Shown here piece by piece: positions 1 to 9,696 of a stretch of DNA of 53,117 nt. The translations under genes were made by a program, and so were the position numbers. This DNA comes from an uncultured Clostridia bacterium (GTDB lineage: Bacteria > Bacillota > Clostridia > TANB77 > CAG-508), in contig CALYAJ010000003.1 of assembly GCA_944393485.1 (NCBI GenBank), positions 1 through 53,117 on the forward strand. The letters are read 5' to 3'. A model generated the notes under the pieces. It saw nothing but the letters and a program-made list of their open reading frames with translations. It was not told the origin of the DNA and searched no databases. How positions within the stretch are numbered: position 1 is the first letter of the stretch; each line of letters opens with the position of its first letter.

Positions 1-39
1 TTGTAATTCAAAAAATCGGAATAATATGAGAATCGGAAT

Positions 40-75
40 AATCTATATTATTCGGATATCCGAATAATATAGATT
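40..75. repeat. 36-bp perfect palindrome with no spacer, preceded by a 12-bp direct repeat
   Basis: AATCTATATTATTCGGATATCCGAATAATATAGATT is its own reverse complement (centre 57/58). AATCGGAATAAT occurs at 14-25 and 31-42. Confidence 0.9.
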
Positions 76-395
76 TATTATTTTATAATAGAGCATTGAG
101 TTGCTTAGTAGCATTTGAATTAAAAATAGATAAGTTTCGTCCCGAATTTATTTCAAAAATGGATTTTTATTTAGAAACATTAGATAGACAAGAGAAAAAA
201 GAAAATGAAAATCTAAGCGTTGGAGTAATATTATGTGCAAGTAAAGATGAGCAAGTGGTTGAATATGCAATGAGTAGGAGTATGTCGCCTACAATGGTAT
301 CTCAATATACTTTAAAATTAATTGATAAAAAATTATTAGAAGAAAAACTTAAAGAAATTAATGATATTGTAGAGGAAAATAATAATAAAGAGTAA
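69..395 (+). pseudogene. 5'-truncated YhcG/DUF1016 PDDEXK nuclease-domain protein (C-terminal part only)
   Basis: Frame reads IDLLFYNRALSCLVAFELKIDKFRPEFISKMDFYL...VGVILCASKDEQVVEYA, typical of the DUF1016 C-terminus. In-frame TAA at 39-41; N-terminal domain absent. Confidence 0.8.
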
Positions 396-453
396 AAAAT
401 AAGCAGATTATATATTATAACCGCAAAAACGGACAAAAACTTGCGATGTGTTG

Positions 454-485
454 ATATGTACTATTATTCAAAAGATTTAAAAAGA
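454..485 (+). repeat. Imperfect 32-bp direct repeat, copy 1 (probable 3' end of a GNAT gene)
   Basis: ATATGTACTATTATTCAAAAGATTTAAAAAGA matches 1394-1425 at 27/32 positions; local frame reads LRCVDMYYYSKDLK. Confidence 0.7.
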
Positions 486-644
486 AAATAGTAAAAGATA
501 TGAAAAATAGAAGAATGAAAAAATAGCAAAAATTTTAAATATAATTTGTATAGTATATCAGTTTATATATTTTAAAATAATTCCATAGAAAAAATAAATG
601 TAGTTTCTTTGTATGATGGAAGATGCAATGGAGGAAAAATATAT

Positions 645-1307
645 ATGAAAAAGAAAAAAATAAAATTATGGAAAAAAATATTAATAGTTATAAGTATAAT
701 ATTGTTAATATTTATAATAATTAATGTGAGAAAAATTTTTATTATATCATCCTTAAATAAAAAAATTGCAAAATACGAAGAGTGTCAAAATTGTTATTAT
801 TTAATGAATCAAACAACACTGAATAAAAAAGATAATAAAATTATTGAAATGTATAAAAAGGATAATGTAGTAAAATATATAACAAGATTTGGTAAAATTA
901 TAACGACTGAATTTGTATATCCAAACGAACGTAAAACTTATGTGCAAATACCAGGAAGAAAGGAAATGAGTTTGCAAGAAACAGAGCAAGACCAAAGAGT
1001 TATTCCAAATTTTTTAGAAGGTTTGGATAAAATATCACTAGAAACAATAACTGATTATATAAGAATAAAAATAATTACTGAAAAGCTAGACGGTAAAGAT
1101 TGTTATGTAATATATAATAGCGATGCAAAAGTATATTTTGATAAAGATAGTGGATTAGTAATTAAAGTAGAACTGTTTTTCGATGATGAAACATATACAA
1201 TAACATACGAATATAATTTTAACGAAGTCACAGATAAAGATATGGAAGAACCAGACGCTTCTGATTATAATGTAATATCATCTGGGAATTTGATAAGTAT
1301 TTACTAA
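645..1307 (+). CDS. Membrane-anchored hypothetical protein, possible LolA-like/lipoprotein-sorting fold
   Basis: GGAGG RBS before ATG 645; basic N-terminus and one TM helix; C-terminal EKLDGKDCYVI...VYFDKDSGLVIK...YEYNFNEVTD pattern. Confidence 0.75.
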   Translation: MKKKKIKLWKKILIVISIILLIFIIINVRKIFIISSLNKKIAKYEECQNCYYLMNQTTLNKKDNKIIEMYKKDNVVKYITRFGKIITTEFVYPNERKTYVQIPGRKEMSLQETEQDQRVIPNFLEGLDKISLETITDYIRIKIITEKLDGKDCYVIYNSDAKVYFDKDSGLVIKVELFFDDETYTITYEYNFNEVTDKDMEEPDASDYNVISSGNLISIY

Positions 1308-1319
1308 AATGAATGACAT

Positions 1320-1425
1320 AGGATTAAGCACTTAGTAGATAACTATAAGACAAGATATAAAAAGATGATTGTTGGAACAACAGAAAACAATATATATGTG
1401 CTATTATTCGAAAGTCTAAAAAAGA
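1320..1425 (+). pseudogene. Internally deleted GNAT acetyltransferase remnant containing repeat copy 2 (1394-1425)
   Basis: Reads KHLVDNYKTRYKKMIVGTTENNI, then in another frame MCYYSKV*; resembles GNATs with VGT...C-x-DM-x-x-x-SK-x-L C-termini. Confidence 0.55.
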
Positions 1426-1439
1426 GGGAGAAAAAATAA

Positions 1440-1994
1440 ATGAAAAAAGGAAAATTAATATTAATAATTATAAGTATAGTCATAATTTTAGTAGTTTTAA
1501 TAATATGTAGATATATCTTTTTAAATAGTGGCTGGAAAAAAATAAATATAGAAAATTATGAATATAATGAATCTACAACAGTCGAATTGGATTTAGATGG
1601 AGATAATATAAAAGAAAAGGTCGGTATAAATGAAACAGGTAAATACATTTCTATTAATGATAAAGATTATATTGTTAATAAATATTTGAATGATGATGAT
1701 ACAACAGGTTTAAAAGATTATAATGTAAATCAATATTATATTGTGGATTTAAATGGTGATGGGATATTAGAGATTATACATAGGACATATTCAGATATGA
1801 TTTCACCAAGTACTAGTAAGTATACAATATATAATTACACAAATAACAAGTTGAAGGAAATAGGTAATATATCAATAATTGGAAGTATTCCAAATGAAAT
1901 ATATGTTAAGAAAAATAAAATAAAATTTGAATATGGGCCATATGAATCTCCAGAAGATTTTACTGAAGAAGTTATATATAAATTAGATATATAA
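1440..1994 (+). CDS. Membrane-anchored hypothetical protein with two DxDGD (FG-GAP/calcium-blade-like) motifs
   Basis: N-terminal TM helix; LDLDGDNIKE and VDLNGDGILE; GAGGGAG RBS. Confidence 0.8.
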   Translation: MKKGKLILIIISIVIILVVLIICRYIFLNSGWKKINIENYEYNESTTVELDLDGDNIKEKVGINETGKYISINDKDYIVNKYLNDDDTTGLKDYNVNQYYIVDLNGDGILEIIHRTYSDMISPSTSKYTIYNYTNNKLKEIGNISIIGSIPNEIYVKKNKIKFEYGPYESPEDFTEEVIYKLDI

Positions 1995-2216
1995 AACTTT
2001 TAACCAGAAAAAGAATGTAAAACAAAACCATATAATTAAGCTACAATTAAGCAATAGCAAAATTACAAGAATGTTTTGTAAATACGAAAAAACAATGAAA
2101 AATTTAAATTTAATTTCCAAAATAAAGAATATTATATTTAAAAAATATAAGTTATGAAAAAAAGAAAAGAATAATTAAACAAGAATTTTGAAAAAAAGAA
2201 TAAGGGGAAATGCTAT

Positions 2217-3341
2217 ATGGTTATATATTATATAACAATTTTTGGAAGAATACTGATACTAATTTTTTTAGGATTACTTATTTTGATTGGAGCTATCATA
2301 TGTTTAGTAAGTATTATTAAAGCCAAAAAACAAAAAAAGAAAATTAATAAAATTAGTACTTTAATTGGATGTGTTTTGATAATATTACCACTAGTTTTTA
2401 TACCATCGATATATGATTGGAAAAATGAAATATCTCAAGATGATAATACTAGTGATTATAACAATTTAGTTGAAAAATGGAGTAACAGCTATACTTCTTG
2501 GAATACTGCTAATGATGATGTAATACAATATTTACTAAATGGTATAGAAAGTCGTGATGTTGAAGTAATTTCTAATATGTTTTCAGAGGAAACTAGAAAC
2601 AAATCGAATTTTCAAAGTGAAGTAAATGAATTTTTAGAAAATGTACCAGAAAATTTTAATGAGTATACTTATAATAAAATAACTTCATCGCAACCAGGCT
2701 CTTATTCAAAAGGAACATCAACAAGAGAATTGAATAGTAGTTATATATTTCAAAAAGATAATAAAGTAATTTACTTATCTTATTCAGGATATATTGAAAA
2801 TGATAGTGAAAAAGCTAAAATAGGATTAGAAAAATTATATTTACAATCAGCAGAAGCAAAAATACTAGAAAGAGAAGAGGAAAATGATATACAAAGTAAA
2901 TATCATTTTATGATGCCAGATGGTAGTGAATATAGAGAGAGAACAACTACAGATAATAAAGAGAAATATGTTATTAAGGATAATCAAATTCTTGTTTGCT
3001 ATATAGATGTTGATGAAGAATTTGAGTTTAAAATTATAAAAAATTATTATCCATATAGATTTAATTCTTACGATAGAAGTATAACTAAAGATGAATTAAT
3101 TAATGCATATGAGCAATCAAGAAAAGTAGAAGATATAGTTTCTTTATTAGGTGATCCGAATGCAATTTCTTATTCTCGTACAGTAAAGAATATTCTTTAT
3201 GAAGTAAAAGATATGGATACTACCATATATGCATTTATAGACTATGATGTTTATTATAGATTAGGAAGTTGTAGTTTTTATACTCAAGATGGCAAATATA
3301 TAGAAACTATTAAAAGTTCACAAATGGAAGATGAAGGATGA
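2217..3341 (+). CDS. Membrane-anchored hypothetical protein, possible DUF5104-like domain
   Basis: Two N-terminal TM helices; LLNGIESRDVEVISNMFS segment; AAGGGG RBS. Confidence 0.75.
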   Translation: MVIYYITIFGRILILIFLGLLILIGAIICLVSIIKAKKQKKKINKISTLIGCVLIILPLVFIPSIYDWKNEISQDDNTSDYNNLVEKWSNSYTSWNTANDDVIQYLLNGIESRDVEVISNMFSEETRNKSNFQSEVNEFLENVPENFNEYTYNKITSSQPGSYSKGTSTRELNSSYIFQKDNKVIYLSYSGYIENDSEKAKIGLEKLYLQSAEAKILEREEENDIQSKYHFMMPDGSEYRERTTTDNKEKYVIKDNQILVCYIDVDEEFEFKIIKNYYPYRFNSYDRSITKDELINAYEQSRKVEDIVSLLGDPNAISYSRTVKNILYEVKDMDTTIYAFIDYDVYYRLGSCSFYTQDGKYIETIKSSQMEDEG

Positions 3342-3462
3342 TAAAAAGCGTGTGGTAATAATGAATAGATGATATACATTACAAAATATTTAGAAAAAGA
3401 TTGGAAAAGAATAGATTAAATAAAGTTATGTAATAAAAAAATAATAAGGTGGAAGTTTTTAT

Positions 3463-5169
3463 ATGAATAAGAAAAGAACAAATTTTTTTGTAGCAATATT
3501 AAATACTATTGCGATAATATCATTATACATATTGTACTTTACTAAAGATTTTTTAAATAAAAATATTATATCAGGTCCAGAAGGTATTAAATCAATTTAT
3601 GGTAGCATTATAATAGATGTAATTATGGGGAATATTGTATTAATACTAATACTTATATGTAGTTTAATAGGAGTACTAAATATTATTTGTGCAATACAAA
3701 ATAGAAAAAATAAAAAAATATCTTTTTGGCAATTAATATTTGGAATATATGAAATATTTATGGCTATTTTATTTTCAATAGATCCAATTATTACAGATTT
3801 AAAATTGAATATAATAATTGGATATGCAGTAATTCCAATAGTATTAGCATTAATTAATATTATATTAATAAAAAAGAATAAACCTAAACCAATTCAAATA
3901 ATATCATATATTCTAGCAATTATAATTTCAATTCTTGTTATATTAAATAGTGAAATTATATATTGGGATATAATATGTATAATTATGCAGTTTATTTACA
4001 TACATTTTCAAGAAAAAAATATTCAGGAAAGCAAAACAAGGAAAATTGTTAATATAATTTTATATTATATACTTCAAGCAATAGTTGTTATAAGTTTTAT
4101 GGCTATTATTATAGTAACAATAATAATAAGTATAGTTAATTATAATAAAATAAATAGCCAAGTTATAGAAATATTAAATAATATGGGAAATTTGACAGAA
4201 ATAACAAATGAAGAGCCATATATGGTTGTCGAAAATAATTTAAAATATGGATTTATTAATGAAAATGGTGAAGAAAAAATACCTTGCGAATATGATGGTG
4301 TATCATATTTTCATAGTACAGATATTAATAATCAAAAATATTATTTTGCACTAGCTAAAAAAGGTAATGATTATTATATAATTTCAAAAGGAAATGAACA
4401 GCTTAATATTAGTAATAATGAGTATTTTAGAAATATATCAAAATATGTAGAACAAGAAATGATAGCTAAATATAGCGACCAGGATTTGCAGCTAGTGACA
4501 GAACAATCTTATTCATTTGCTTTACAAATTTTAATAAAGCAAAAAGCAAATGTAGTGATACAATCTATGCCAGAAAAAATTTTAACTTATGAAAAAAATT
4601 TACAAAGAGATAATTCAGGATTTTATAATGATGATAATCTGTATTATAAAGCTGAAAATTATACTATGGTTATAGAATCGGTAAAAAATGATAATCCTAT
4701 ATATACTTTAAATGATGATTATTTTATAGAAACTAATCCAACATACAATATAACAATAAAGAAAAATAATGGCGAGGAAAGTTCTAGTATAGAATGCTTA
4801 CCAGGATTTAACAAATATTCAAATAATATTGAAACATTAAATGATGGTTCTATAGTATTTAAAAATCCAGATGAAGAAATTTATGGTTGGTATGATAATA
4901 ATGGAGATATGAATTATCTTCCAACTGGATATGAAATAGAAAATATAATAGATAATATAATTATTATATCTAGATATAACGAAGAAAGTATGATAACAGA
5001 ATATTATTTTATAGATCAGTCAGGACAAATATTATTAAAATCCTATGATGTTCTAGTAATATTAGAAAATACATATGTAGTACAAAATGAGAACAATAAA
5101 ATGATACTATATGGAACAGATTTAAATAAAATTTCAAATGAATATGACTTAATTGCATTTATGTCTTAA
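3463..5169 (+). CDS. Multi-pass membrane protein with C-terminal WG-repeat-like domain
   Basis: About 6-7 hydrophobic helices in the first 230 aa; KYGFINENGEEKIPCEYD and related repeats (YGWYDNNG, YYFIDQSG). Confidence 0.8.
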   Translation: MNKKRTNFFVAILNTIAIISLYILYFTKDFLNKNIISGPEGIKSIYGSIIIDVIMGNIVLILILICSLIGVLNIICAIQNRKNKKISFWQLIFGIYEIFMAILFSIDPIITDLKLNIIIGYAVIPIVLALINIILIKKNKPKPIQIISYILAIIISILVILNSEIIYWDIICIIMQFIYIHFQEKNIQESKTRKIVNIILYYILQAIVVISFMAIIIVTIIISIVNYNKINSQVIEILNNMGNLTEITNEEPYMVVENNLKYGFINENGEEKIPCEYDGVSYFHSTDINNQKYYFALAKKGNDYYIISKGNEQLNISNNEYFRNISKYVEQEMIAKYSDQDLQLVTEQSYSFALQILIKQKANVVIQSMPEKILTYEKNLQRDNSGFYNDDNLYYKAENYTMVIESVKNDNPIYTLNDDYFIETNPTYNITIKKNNGEESSSIECLPGFNKYSNNIETLNDGSIVFKNPDEEIYGWYDNNGDMNYLPTGYEIENIIDNIIIISRYNEESMITEYYFIDQSGQILLKSYDVLVILENTYVVQNENNKMILYGTDLNKISNEYDLIAFMS

Positions 5170-5404
5170 ATTAATATGTATTAGAAGAAAAAATCTATCT
5201 AAAAAAGATTAAAAGAACAAGAGAAAAATTAGAAAAATGTACATTATTAAGATTATCACTTTCTAAAGCTATTTATGGTAAAAAAATAATAAAATTTAAA
5301 TAGAGAATGAAAGGACTTATTTAGCTTGATAAAAGTTTAATAAATGTAGCTAATCTAAAAAATAAGCAAATTCATCTAATGAAATTAATAAGAAGGAGGA
5401 TAAA

Positions 5405-6151
5405 ATGAATTTTAAAATTAATTATTATTTTGAAGATATTGAAAAAGAAGAGATATTCTTCAAATTAACAGAAGGAAAAGAAGAGGCAATGGAAATCTTT
5501 AACTCAAGTTCGAAGCTTATCGATGAGATAGAAAAATCAGGAAAACAAGAAATACATACCACTGATATAGAAGAAAATGTGAAAATAATGGGAAATGTAT
5601 ATATAGGTGAAGGTACAAAAATAGAGTCAGGTTGTATTATACAAGGTCCTGTATATATAGGAAAAGATTGTCAATTAATGTATAATTCATATGTAAGACC
5701 AGGAACAATAATGGGAAATAATTGTGTAATAGGATTTAGTACAGAGATAAAGCATACTATTATGAGAGATGGGTCAAAAGTATCAGATTTAGCATTTGTA
5801 GGAGACTCAATTATTGGTAAAAACTCAAGAATAGGATCTGGTGTAATAGTTGCAAATAGAGCATTCAGCCAATCAAATGTAATAATAAAGGATGAAAACA
5901 AAAATAAGATTGACTTAGGAAGAGAAGCAATGGGAGTTATTTTAGGTGATAATAGTAGAATAGGTGCAAATTGTACAGTAGCTCCTGGAACATTTATTGG
6001 AAAATATACTTGGGTTTATCCTCATACATGTGTACATGGATTTATTCCAGAACAGAAAAAAGTTTATGATAAACAAAATATAGTATTTGTAGAAAATGAA
6101 AGAAAAGTGTTATATAAGTCTACAGATTGGAATTATGGAAATTATAAATAA
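5405..6151 (+). CDS. Stand-alone left-handed beta-helix (hexapeptide) protein related to the GlmU acetyltransferase domain
   Basis: Hexapeptide repeats VYIGEGTKI, VYIGKDCQL, FVGDSIIGKNSRIGSG, ILGDNSRIGAN; no nucleotidyltransferase domain; AAGGAGG RBS. Confidence 0.85.
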   Translation: MNFKINYYFEDIEKEEIFFKLTEGKEEAMEIFNSSSKLIDEIEKSGKQEIHTTDIEENVKIMGNVYIGEGTKIESGCIIQGPVYIGKDCQLMYNSYVRPGTIMGNNCVIGFSTEIKHTIMRDGSKVSDLAFVGDSIIGKNSRIGSGVIVANRAFSQSNVIIKDENKNKIDLGREAMGVILGDNSRIGANCTVAPGTFIGKYTWVYPHTCVHGFIPEQKKVYDKQNIVFVENERKVLYKSTDWNYGNYK

Positions 6152-6160
6152 TAATAAACG

Positions 6161-6204
6161 ATCAAAAAAGAAGTAAAATTTAATATTTTTACTTCTTTTT
6201 TGAT
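6161..6204 (+). terminator. Intrinsic, probably bidirectional, terminator
   Basis: ATCAAAAAAGAAGTAAAA ... TTTTACTTCTTTTTTGAT inverted repeat. Confidence 0.8.
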
Positions 6205-6341
6205 GTAATTAAAATGCAACAAAAATAATATATTATTGTAACAATATTTTTAATAGAGTGTTATATACTTATATAAAGAGAGTTATAAGACATAATGAGA
6301 TACCTAACTGTTTTAAATATAATAAGTGAGGAAATTATAAT

Positions 6342-8360
6342 ATGGAATTAAGAGGGGAACAACCACAAGCAGATAAAAATATAGATGAATTATTTTGGGG
6401 AATTGATCCAAAAAGATTTGCTGGAATTGTAGCTACAACTGGCGGAGGAAAAACATATATTTTTTTAAGTCAATTTTTAAAATTTTTACAAAAATATGAA
6501 AATGAAAAATCTGAACCAGAACCACAAATAGAAGCTAGTCGTATAAGCAATATTCCTACATATTTTTTTGCACCACAAAATCCTATATTAGATCAAACGA
6601 AAGATAGAATTGTTGAATATGTAATTTTAGATAAATATCTAGAAATTTTTAACAATCAATATATGAATTTAATTGGTACAGAAGAGTATTTACAGACTGC
6701 TGTAGAAAAAATTTCTGATAGACTTGTAAGAAGTTCAAAAAGAAAAGGAAATAAAAAAGAAGAATTAAAGAAAAATATTAATGATATTTGTGAAAGTGTA
6801 CAATCAAATCCAGAACTTTCAGATGAAGAAAAATTAGAAGAAATAATTACTCAAATAAATTATATTATTGGAGATGATACAGCTAATATAACAAAAAGTG
6901 AATTTCCAAATCTTTTATTTAAATGTTATCAAAATAATGATGATATAGAGAAGTTGTTAGAAGAAATTTCAAATCAAGAAGAACCTGTACTTATAGTTAT
7001 AGATGAAGCTCATAGAGCAGTTACTCCAGAGAATGGAAAAAAAATAGAAGAGTTAATTAGAAAATGTAGTAATGCTAAAGTTTTGGCATTAACAGCTACA
7101 CCTGATAGATCAGATGGAATAGATGCAATGGCAAAATTAGCACAAATATGTGGATATAGTATTCCAGAAATACGAAGAGAAGCGTATTTAGCAGCAAAAT
7201 TAACATTAGTAGATGCCATAAAAAAAGATTTAATTGTAAAACCTAAAGTTGTTACTTTTGATCTTAAACTAGATGAAACACATGAATACACTGATATGAA
7301 GGCAATTGTTGAAAAATTAAAGAAAACAGTTGAAGAAAAAGAACCATCTTATAGGGAATATTTAATGAAACACGGTTCTTATTCAAATGCTGCACTAAAA
7401 AAAATTCGTGAACGTGATTCTAAGCTAATAGATTTTTATGAGGCATGTAAAATTACGGGGAAAAATGAATTTTTAAAAGAATTATTAAGTGAAGAAATAG
7501 AAGAATTATCTAAAACAGATGCTAAAGATCCTAAAATTCAAAAAAGATTAAAAGAAAATGAATCATTATTAAAATATATGATTGAAACAGAAAATGCTAG
7601 TAAAAATCAATCATCAAAAGATTTAGTGGCATTTTTTGATAGAATAGATGAAATGGATAGGCCAGGAACAGAGTTTAATAAAAAATATGTTGAATGGAAA
7701 AGAAAAAAAACAAATGAAATAATACAAAATACTACAAAAGAGCATGAATATATACTTAATAGTAAAGGAATTTGTTTTACACCTCGTAGCAATAAAAACA
7801 AGTCAAGTAAAAAAATAATAGAAGATTACAAAAAATTGATGAAAGAATATTTCCCGGTTGAAGATGAAAATCTATTAGTCACTCATTCTAACACAGGAGT
7901 AGTGCCTGAAAAAGAAGATAAGAAAAATTTAAGAAGATTTATGGCTCCTAAAAATCCAAAAGAAGGTATGTTACTTATTATTGCAATGGATAGATTTACA
8001 GAAGGAATTCATTCTGAAGGTGTTAGAATGCTTTCAATGTTTAGACAATTTGACGAAAAAAAGCAAAAAGATGAGACTGAGGAGGGGCAAGATCCTTGTA
8101 TAACTTTTTTACAACAAATAGGAAGAGGAATAACAACAAAAAAAGATGGAGAAATTGTAGATGATATTCCAATTATTTTTGATTTTGCATGTAATTTTAT
8201 GAGATTTAATCCAATGCTTGAAAATTCTTTTGAAATATCAGAAAGTCAAACGAAGTTTAAGCAAATTGCCGAAAAAGTATTAGTAACAGGAGAAAAACAA
8301 TTCCGGAATAGAAAGACTAAACAAAAATTTAAAAGTATTAGACGCATTATCAAAGAGTGA
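6342..8360 (+). CDS. SF2 DEAD/DEAH-box helicase (ResIII-like); probably the N-terminal part of a frameshifted gene
   Basis: Walker A ATTGGGKT, motif II VIDEAHR, motif III LTATPDR, motif V RFTEGIH, motif VI LQQIGRG. Confidence 0.9.
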   Translation: MELRGEQPQADKNIDELFWGIDPKRFAGIVATTGGGKTYIFLSQFLKFLQKYENEKSEPEPQIEASRISNIPTYFFAPQNPILDQTKDRIVEYVILDKYLEIFNNQYMNLIGTEEYLQTAVEKISDRLVRSSKRKGNKKEELKKNINDICESVQSNPELSDEEKLEEIITQINYIIGDDTANITKSEFPNLLFKCYQNNDDIEKLLEEISNQEEPVLIVIDEAHRAVTPENGKKIEELIRKCSNAKVLALTATPDRSDGIDAMAKLAQICGYSIPEIRREAYLAAKLTLVDAIKKDLIVKPKVVTFDLKLDETHEYTDMKAIVEKLKKTVEEKEPSYREYLMKHGSYSNAALKKIRERDSKLIDFYEACKITGKNEFLKELLSEEIEELSKTDAKDPKIQKRLKENESLLKYMIETENASKNQSSKDLVAFFDRIDEMDRPGTEFNKKYVEWKRKKTNEIIQNTTKEHEYILNSKGICFTPRSNKNKSSKKIIEDYKKLMKEYFPVEDENLLVTHSNTGVVPEKEDKKNLRRFMAPKNPKEGMLLIIAMDRFTEGIHSEGVRMLSMFRQFDEKKQKDETEEGQDPCITFLQQIGRGITTKKDGEIVDDIPIIFDFACNFMRFNPMLENSFEISESQTKFKQIAEKVLVTGEKQFRNRKTKQKFKSIRRIIKE

Positions 8361-8367
8361 TTATGAT

Positions 8368-9696
8368 ATGGCAAAAATCACTCCGCAAACTAAATGGGGA
8401 GATGTATTAAAAAGTTTAGTCAATCAAGAAGAAAAGGAAAAAGTATTAGATGCGGTTTATGAGCTTACATATTTAAAGTTACCGAATGATTATGAAATAG
8501 GAAAATATTTGGAAGCTGCAAGGCAACATTTTTGGCATAAAGAAAGAATGAATGAAGAAACAGGCCAAGCAAAAAAAGTAGGATTTAAAAAAAGTGATGA
8601 TCTTTTCGAAAAATATTCTGTTGAGCATTTAGCGAAAATAGGATTTTTTGAAGATGTAAAAAATGATTTAGATTTTGACAAAGTAGATTCTAGAGGTTTT
8701 ATAATAGGAGAATGTGCAAATCTTGAAACAAAATATGGATATAATATTTATACAGGAACACAATATTGTGAAGAAAAAGATGGTATAGAAGAACAAGATG
8801 TTGATGGATACAAGAAAAGTGGAGTAAATGCATATACTCAGACTTTATATGATAGGTATTTTTTTAGATATGATGAAGAAGAAGCAAAATGGGTGAATTT
8901 GCTTACAAGAGAAGATAAGGATCTTCTTGGATATAATCATGAAGGTATAAAAATTGATGAAAAAACAGGAAGAGTCGGATTCGATAGAGATGGATTATGG
9001 CATGAAAAACTAGAAGATGGAACGTATGCAAAAATAGGAAGTAAATATGATAAATATGGGTATGATGTACATGGATTTGACCGTTATGGAAAAACAAAAT
9101 TTAAAGAGACTATTGTAAATGGCTTTTTGGCAGATGGGAGAAATGCGTATAATGATATTATATATGTTGATGGATACGATATAGATGGATTTGATGAAAA
9201 AGGCTTTAATGAAGAAGGCATACATAAGGTTACAGGATGTCATTATTCACCACAAGGATATATGAAAGATTCTTCGGATGAATATAAGAGACCGTTTCCA
9301 ATATTTGAAGCATTAAAAGCGAATGATGAATCAAAAAAAGAAAAAATAATTTTAGAATGGACAATACTTTCTAGTGTATATCCAGAATTTAAGAAAGGTG
9401 CTTGGTATGAAGTAGGAAAAAGGGAACTTAAAATAAAGGATTTAGATGAAGAACTTCAAGAAATTTCTCCAGCTTTGCAAGATATTCAAAAACTAGAGTT
9501 CCAAACAGGAATGGCAATGCTAGCTGATTTAGACCAAGAAATAGAAGAGAATGCTAAAATGACAAAAGAACTTCGAGAAAAAAGAGAAAAGCTAAAAGCT
9601 AAAAATAAGGAAATTATAGCTGAATTAAATTCATCAATGAAATCACATTTAAGAGAAATAGAAGGAAAAAGGAGTGAATCTCCAGATGAAAGATAA
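8368..9696 (+). CDS. G[YF][DN]xxG-repeat protein with C-terminal coiled coil; probably the C-terminal part of the helicase
   Basis: GYNHEG, GFDRDG, YDKYGYDVHGFDRYG, DGYDIDGFDEKGFNEEG; frame is open upstream to 8287, overlapping the helicase ORF end. Confidence 0.8.
   Translation: MAKITPQTKWGDVLKSLVNQEEKEKVLDAVYELTYLKLPNDYEIGKYLEAARQHFWHKERMNEETGQAKKVGFKKSDDLFEKYSVEHLAKIGFFEDVKNDLDFDKVDSRGFIIGECANLETKYGYNIYTGTQYCEEKDGIEEQDVDGYKKSGVNAYTQTLYDRYFFRYDEEEAKWVNLLTREDKDLLGYNHEGIKIDEKTGRVGFDRDGLWHEKLEDGTYAKIGSKYDKYGYDVHGFDRYGKTKFKETIVNGFLADGRNAYNDIIYVDGYDIDGFDEKGFNEEGIHKVTGCHYSPQGYMKDSSDEYKRPFPIFEALKANDESKKEKIILEWTILSSVYPEFKKGAWYEVGKRELKIKDLDEELQEISPALQDIQKLEFQTGMAMLADLDQEIEENAKMTKELREKREKLKAKNKEIIAELNSSMKSHLREIEGKRSESPDER

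Noticed and set aside
396-5404. Classical integron with attC sites
   Set aside because: No RYYYAAC...GTTRRRY palindromic sites recognised in the spacers and no IntI in the window.
6342-8360. Type I or III restriction-modification R subunit
   Set aside because: No adjacent methyltransferase or specificity gene and no clear PD-(D/E)xK motif.
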